From the NCBI GenBank assembly GCA_964419535.1, contig CAYQQG010000001.1:1-51509 (forward strand): DNA of 51,509 nt, in the 5' to 3' direction. Every line of letters starts with the position of its first letter. Position 1 is the stretch's first letter. The notes beneath the pieces were generated by a model that searched no databases, was not told the DNA's origin, and worked only from the letters and a program-made list of their open reading frames with translations. The position numbers and the translations under genes were made by a program. Below, piece by piece: positions 46,922 through 51,509 of the stretch. Source of the stretch: an uncultured Sangeribacter sp. (GTDB lineage: Bacteria; Bacteroidota; Bacteroidia; Bacteroidales; Muribaculaceae).

Positions 46922-48355
46922 ATGACAAAACAGCGTTTATATACACTTCTGACAATTTCAACAATCTCTTTCTCACTCGTCACTTCAGCTTTCGGACGAA
47001 GTGAGAAAAGAGGGGTCAGTGAAAACGAATTCCGCTATGTCCGACAAGCTGAAGCGCTCGCTCCGGGTGTCAGCTGGTATTACAATTGGGGGAACACACC
47101 TCATATATCGACAGCGGACTATGACGAAATGACATTCGCGCCGATGTGCTGGAACGCCGCTTATAATGCCGATGCGATCAGGGAATATGTGAAGACTCAT
47201 CCCGGTGTCAGATACCTTCTCGGTTTCAATGAGCCTAATTTCAAAAAGCAGGCCAATATGACACCCGCCGAAGCGGCTGCGAAATGGCCCGAGGTGAAAG
47301 CACTCGCAAAAGAACTCAATCTCGAACTCGTCGCCCCGGCACTCAATTACTCGCCCGACACCTGGCAACCAGTGGCGTGGATGGATGAATTTCTCAGACT
47401 TCTGGACGATCCTGAGCCCTTCGATTATCTCGCCATTCACAGTTATGGCGGCTTCGGAGTGATGAAAGACCTTGCGGCTCAATTCCATGACCGTTATGGC
47501 AAAGACGTGTTTGTGACAGAATTCTGCTTCTGGCCCGGAGAAACCGGATATGTCAATCCCGATTCTCAGATCGCATCAATGATCGAATCTGTCACATGGC
47601 TCGAAAAAACCGATTGGATAAAGGGTTACGCATGGTTCAAGGCCGTCGGACAATCCTCTTCCACGACCGGCCCCAACTATGGCTTGATCCTCTCGGGAAA
47701 AGGTGATGACGTCAGGGAACTTTCAGCTCAGGGTTATGTCTATGTCTATATGACTGATTTCAACCCCGAGGTCTTCAATCCTGTCAATACTGACATAGCG
47801 GCTTCGGAATATATTGACGCGACCGCTATCTCGCTCGCCAAGGGTAATAATCCGGCTTGCCCGCGTCCGATTGAAATTTCGAAATTCAACAGCGGGTCTA
47901 CTGCCGATTATCAATTTGATATTCCCCGTGAGGGTGATTACAAACTCTCTCTCACCGTCTGCGGATTCGGCGAACCGACCCGGTTCAATCCATGTCTTGC
48001 CGTCTATGCCGTTAAAGAAGACGGCAAACAGGGAAAGCTCCTTTCCGGCCAAAAGCAATTTGAGCTCAGCAATTCCGATGAGGTTTATACCGTCGTGGAA
48101 TTTCCGATGCACCTCGAGGCCGGTCGTCAGACACTCCGCATAAAAGATATGTATACTTTCCAACCCTCCGGCATAAGGATTTCCACTCTGAGACTCTCCG
48201 ATCCCACTGACTCGGCTGTTGAAGTGATCGGTGCGGAATCAGAAGGCAATGCTGAATATTACACCATTGACGGTCTGCGCATTTCCAAACCCTCAGAACC
48301 GGGGATCTTTATAAAATCCGTCGGAGGGAAGACTCTGAAAATCGTCATCCGGTAA
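46922..48355 (+). CDS. GH128 beta-1,3-glucanase + CBM6/35-like module + T9SS CTD
   Basis: 'KRG', 'SWYYNWG', 'APMCW', acid/base 'LLGFNEPN', 'DYLAIHSY', nucleophile 'VFVTEF', 'YAWF'; then 'ADYQFDIPREGDYKL...LEAGRQTLRI'; CTD 'YYTIDG...GIFI...KIVIR'. An alternative GTG start at 46916 overlaps the GH3 stop. Confidence 0.85.
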   Translation: MTKQRLYTLLTISTISFSLVTSAFGRSEKRGVSENEFRYVRQAEALAPGVSWYYNWGNTPHISTADYDEMTFAPMCWNAAYNADAIREYVKTHPGVRYLLGFNEPNFKKQANMTPAEAAAKWPEVKALAKELNLELVAPALNYSPDTWQPVAWMDEFLRLLDDPEPFDYLAIHSYGGFGVMKDLAAQFHDRYGKDVFVTEFCFWPGETGYVNPDSQIASMIESVTWLEKTDWIKGYAWFKAVGQSSSTTGPNYGLILSGKGDDVRELSAQGYVYVYMTDFNPEVFNPVNTDIAASEYIDATAISLAKGNNPACPRPIEISKFNSGSTADYQFDIPREGDYKLSLTVCGFGEPTRFNPCLAVYAVKEDGKQGKLLSGQKQFELSNSDEVYTVVEFPMHLEAGRQTLRIKDMYTFQPSGIRISTLRLSDPTDSAVEVIGAESEGNAEYYTIDGLRISKPSEPGIFIKSVGGKTLKIVIR

Positions 48356-48397
48356 TTTAATTTACAAGAAACTATTTCAAACAGTAATATAATCCAA

Positions 48398-49969
48398 ATG
48401 AAACAATTCCTTAAATCAGCTCTGGCGATAGCCGCTTTGACAGGTGCGTTCACGGCGTCCGCAGAGAATCTCACGGTGACATTTGATGAGAATTCGAACG
48501 AATATGGACTTCGCTCCTATGTCGAATATCAGGATAATGGAAACGCCTACCCTAACTTCTGGGTCTTGTATCCGGACTTTAACTCCACTAAACCTGAAGC
48601 GGCGGCTGACGGCGAAAGAGTGTTTGAAAACGGCACGCTGGAAGTGGCAATCTCAGGTCCTGACGGATACACTTTCTCACAAAATCTGACGACAGTTCCT
48701 CCATTCCCGACCGCGGAGAGCCACGCATGGTGCCACATGGGAGTCATTGAAACTCCGGGACTTTACGATATCACGGTCAACGTGACTCTCAATTATACCG
48801 ACACTCAAAAAGATCCGATCAAGGAATCCTTCAAAGGATCATTCACAATTCCGACACATGAGGTTGATCCCTCGGTTCCCACAATCTCATACGATATTCT
48901 CTCGACGCCGGAAGGTGTTGACTTCACTTATAAGATTGATCTCGGAACCAATTCCCCCGACGACGTTGAAAGTGTTCTTGTCGCACTCCTCAAGGGCGGC
49001 GAACCGTTCAATACAGATGCCACTTATCATGCGACTGCACTCGAAGCCACAATTCCTGTTCACTTTGACGCCAATGATCTCGGAATATGGTTCAAGGCTC
49101 AGGTGACGATGAAAGACGGGAAGGTCTATCAGCTCAACGATTGGGACAAGGCCATGACTCTCAAAAAAGAGGTCACCTCGACTTTGACATATACTCTTAC
49201 CGTCGGTGAATTCACCCGCACCGGCGAAAGTTCGGGCACACTCCCCTTTACAATCATATGCGATGGCGATCTGAACACTGTTGACCACTGGATCGTATGG
49301 GCATCACGTGTTGGTGACGAAAATATGAACGTGACTGATGTGTGGGATCTGCAAGGCGTGCTCACACTCACTGTCCTCCCCGCCAACCAGGAGACACAGA
49401 TATGGCCCAAAGTCCAGCCGGTATGGAAACTCGGCGGACGCGGCGATGTTTATCAGACTTCGTGCATGGTCGACACACGTTCCGCGGAAACTCCGGTCTA
49501 TAACCTGACAGCGAGCAATCCGGTCGCTACGGGTTTCACTACGGGCACAGTGGATTATAACATCGAGGTTGTCAACGGGCTGGATCAGATAGAAAAATTT
49601 GTGATCTATGTCGTTCGTCCCGAAAATGGAGTGGACATCGAGATCGGACATCTGGAAACAACCGCGACTTCAGGCAAAGTTGAGCTGTCCAACCTTCCCG
49701 ACCGCCAGATTACAGACATCTGGATGAAAGCATACGCAATCGACAAGAGCGGCGCCGAATTGGTGACTGTTCAGTATCCCGGCGCGGCTCAGGGCTGGAC
49801 CGGTCTTTCGATCGACACCACGACAACAGACATAAATTCGATCAACGAGATCGGAGCTTCCGCCGAAGAGACATATTTCAATCTTCAGGGAATGAAAATA
49901 GCTTCTCCCGAAAAGGGCAAAATATATATAGTTATCCGAAACGGGAAAGCAACTAAAGCTATATTCTGA
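48398..49969 (+). CDS. T9SS-secreted protein with three tandem Ig/FN3-like repeats, function unknown
   Basis: SPI signal 'ASA'; three units of about 100 aa sharing 'IW(F/P/M)K'; CTD 'YFNLQGMKI...GKIYIV...KAIF'. Confidence 0.72.
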   Translation: MKQFLKSALAIAALTGAFTASAENLTVTFDENSNEYGLRSYVEYQDNGNAYPNFWVLYPDFNSTKPEAAADGERVFENGTLEVAISGPDGYTFSQNLTTVPPFPTAESHAWCHMGVIETPGLYDITVNVTLNYTDTQKDPIKESFKGSFTIPTHEVDPSVPTISYDILSTPEGVDFTYKIDLGTNSPDDVESVLVALLKGGEPFNTDATYHATALEATIPVHFDANDLGIWFKAQVTMKDGKVYQLNDWDKAMTLKKEVTSTLTYTLTVGEFTRTGESSGTLPFTIICDGDLNTVDHWIVWASRVGDENMNVTDVWDLQGVLTLTVLPANQETQIWPKVQPVWKLGGRGDVYQTSCMVDTRSAETPVYNLTASNPVATGFTTGTVDYNIEVVNGLDQIEKFVIYVVRPENGVDIEIGHLETTATSGKVELSNLPDRQITDIWMKAYAIDKSGAELVTVQYPGAAQGWTGLSIDTTTTDINSINEIGASAEETYFNLQGMKIASPEKGKIYIVIRNGKATKAIF

Positions 49970-50024
49970 AACATTGGGTATTTTAAACCGATAAAAGATA
50001 GCGAATCATATTTATTTTTGCGTG

Positions 50025-50063
50025 AATGCCGTTGGCTCGTGATTGAGTCGACGGCATTTTTTT
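50025..50063 (+). terminator. Intrinsic terminator closing the PUL operon
   Basis: AATGCCGTTGGCTC-GTGATT-GAGTCGACGGCATT followed by a T-run. Confidence 0.85.
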
Positions 50064-50096
50064 ATTTTTTTATGATAAAAATTGACCGAGATTTGT

Positions 50097-50104
50097 TAAT
50101 TTTG
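50097..50104 (+). promoter_or_regulatory. -7 element upstream of the rsfS leader
   Basis: TAATTTTG, about 165 bp upstream of the rsfS ATG. Confidence 0.5.
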
Positions 50105-50268
50105 TATGACGGAAAGGTTCGTTCACACCCGATTATTACGCTTAAGATCGCCAATCGAGTGAATATGAACACGCTATGTCATGTTTGATGACTAATATCT
50201 TATTAAAATGCTCTTAACAAATCCGGTCCGGAATTATTAAGAGCTCCAAGTATTAACAATTTTTAATA

Positions 50269-50628
50269 ATGCACAATCTTAACGATTTGCAATCTGCGAT
50301 AGTAGAGGCAATATATAACAGGAAGGGTCAGAAGATAACACTGATTGACCTTGAGAAAATTGAATCGTCGCCCGCGCCTTTTATGATCGTCTGTCAGGCA
50401 CGTTCCTCGGCTCAGGTCGGTGCGATCGCCGAGAACATAATGGATGAGGTGCTTGAAAAACTGAGAATCAAGCCCTACGCCACCGACGGTTTCCGCAATG
50501 CTCAATGGATAATTCTTGATTTCGGCTCTGTCATGGTTCATGTTTTCCAACCTGAAGTCAGAGAGTTTTACCGGCTTGAAGAATTATGGAGCGACGGCGA
50601 AATGACCGAATTGCCGGATATTGAATGA
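50269..50628 (+). CDS. rsfS: Ribosome silencing factor RsfS (Iojap)
   Basis: 'KGQKITLIDL', 'QVGAIA', 'WIILDFGSVMVHVF...REFYRLEELW'. Confidence 0.95.
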   Translation: MHNLNDLQSAIVEAIYNRKGQKITLIDLEKIESSPAPFMIVCQARSSAQVGAIAENIMDEVLEKLRIKPYATDGFRNAQWIILDFGSVMVHVFQPEVREFYRLEELWSDGEMTELPDIE

Positions 50629-50795
50629 AATCTCTTTTCATAAACCCGGAGTTATCTCATCTAAACCCGGAGTTATCTTCTATAAAAAAACGGAATTTAA
50701 GAACCATAATACAAGAGTTAACTACCATAAATTCATTGTTGACTTCCACAAAAAAGGGGTTAAGTTCCATAAAAAAGCATTGAAGCCATTTAGGT
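50629..50795. repeat. Degenerate 21-bp-period tandem array filling the rsfS-ftsH spacer
   Basis: Exact 17-mer TAAACCCGGAGTTATCT at 50641 and 50662; then units with CCA at 50704, 50725, 50746, 50767 (period 21). Confidence 0.75.
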
Positions 50796-50818
50796 AAAAA
50801 TTTTTCACAAACTGCATT

Positions 50819-51509
50819 ATGAATATTTTCCCAAAAAATAAAAACAACAGAAACCAGCAAAGACGTCCGATGTTCAATATGTATTGGATGTATGCGCTTA
50901 TAATTCTTTGTCTTCTCGGACTTTACTATTTTCAGGATAATTCCCAGGTGATCGAAGTCAACTGGACAAAATTCGAGGATGCGGCCGTTCAAGGAGAATT
51001 CAACAAGATCACGGTTCTTTCAGAAAGCGGAACAGCCGAAGGTTATTTGAATGAGGAAGGCATTAAGAAACAAAAAATCCAGAGACAAACCGGAATTGAA
51101 AATGCGGATGTGGTTCTTAAGACCACAATCCCCTCGAGCGACAAGATCGCGGACAAAATCGAAGCTTGGAATCAAGTTTTGATTCAACAGGGGAAGCCCG
51201 AAATCGCAGTCACCTATGAACGTGGTTCCGACCTCACAAAAATTTTCTGGTATTTCGGCCCGATCATTCTCTTTGTGATTGTCATGATCTTCATGTCCCG
51301 CCGTTTGAGCAACACAGGCGGCGGCCCCGGCGGAATCTTCAACGTCGGAAAATCTAAGGCCAAAGTATTTGACAAATCCGGTGGCCAAGCCGTCACATTT
51401 AAGGATGTTGCCGGATTGGCGGAAGCTAAGGTTGAGATTGAAGAAATAGTGGAATTCCTAAAGAATCCGCAGAAATATACCGAACTTGGAGCCAAGATTC
51501 CAAAAGGCG
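50819..51509 (+). CDS. ftsH: ATP-dependent zinc metalloprotease FtsH (5' part; runs off the window)
   Basis: Not in the ORF track; translated by hand from ATG 50819: MNIFPK...two TMs...[11 protein letters not shown]...[39 protein letters not shown]. Confidence 0.95.
   Translation, partial: MNIFPKNKNNRNQQRRPMFNMYWMYALIILCLLGLYYFQDNSQVIEVNWTKFEDAAVQGEFNKITVLSESGTAEGYLNEEGIKKQKIQRQTGIENADVVLKTTIPSSDKIADKIEAWNQVLIQQGKPEIAVTYERGSDLTKIFWYFGPIILFVIVMIFMSRRLSNTGGGPGGIFNVGKSKAKVFDKSGGQAVTFKDVAGLAEAKVEIEEIVEFLKNPQKYTELGAKIPKG

Noticed and set aside
34056-50063. PUL as a mobile island
   Set aside because: No integrase, transposase, tRNA target or flanking direct repeats seen.
50629-50795. CRISPR array
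   Set aside because: Units are contiguous and degenerate with no unique spacers, and there are no cas genes in the window.
50657-51495. Minus-strand ORFs 50657-50992, 51020-51388, 51214-51495
   Set aside because: Antisense to ftsH, which the ORF track missed because it runs off the window end.

Overview
A 51.5-kb chromosomal window from a Bacteroidales gut anaerobe. The Bacteroidetes TTTG/TAnnTTTG promoters, SusC/SusD pair and many T9SS cargo proteins suggest a Muribaculaceae-like lineage (inference). Bases 1-34 kb are mostly housekeeping and envelope genes: lolA-like (partial), ftsK, an L,D-transpeptidase, dxs-trkA-trkH, nrdD-maeB-nrdG, a TonB-dependent-like barrel, YARHG and M15 peptidase lipoproteins, a DcaP porin, trxA, a nitrilase, two acyltransferases, glnA, rprXY, clostripain, mscS, a degenerate thiE and sod. 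Bases 34-50 kb hold a complete polysaccharide utilization locus (PUL) predicted to target beta-1,3-glucan. It comprises a divergent beta-propeller/Y_Y_Y/LuxR sensor-regulator, SusC, SusD, GH16, GH3, GH128+CBM and two uncharacterised proteins. Unusually, every predicted surface component other than SusC/SusD has a Sec signal plus a T9SS C-terminal domain instead of a lipoprotein anchor. The window ends with rsfS and the 5' part of ftsH. Other notable items: many intergenic spacers filled with different degenerate 15-21 bp tandem arrays, a ThiE paralog lacking catalytic residues, an MscS with a large insertion carrying a MinD-like amphipathic helix, and a structured candidate RNA upstream of rsfS. 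No rRNA, tRNA, CRISPR array or transposase was recognised. All calls come from motif recognition by eye; no database searches were run.
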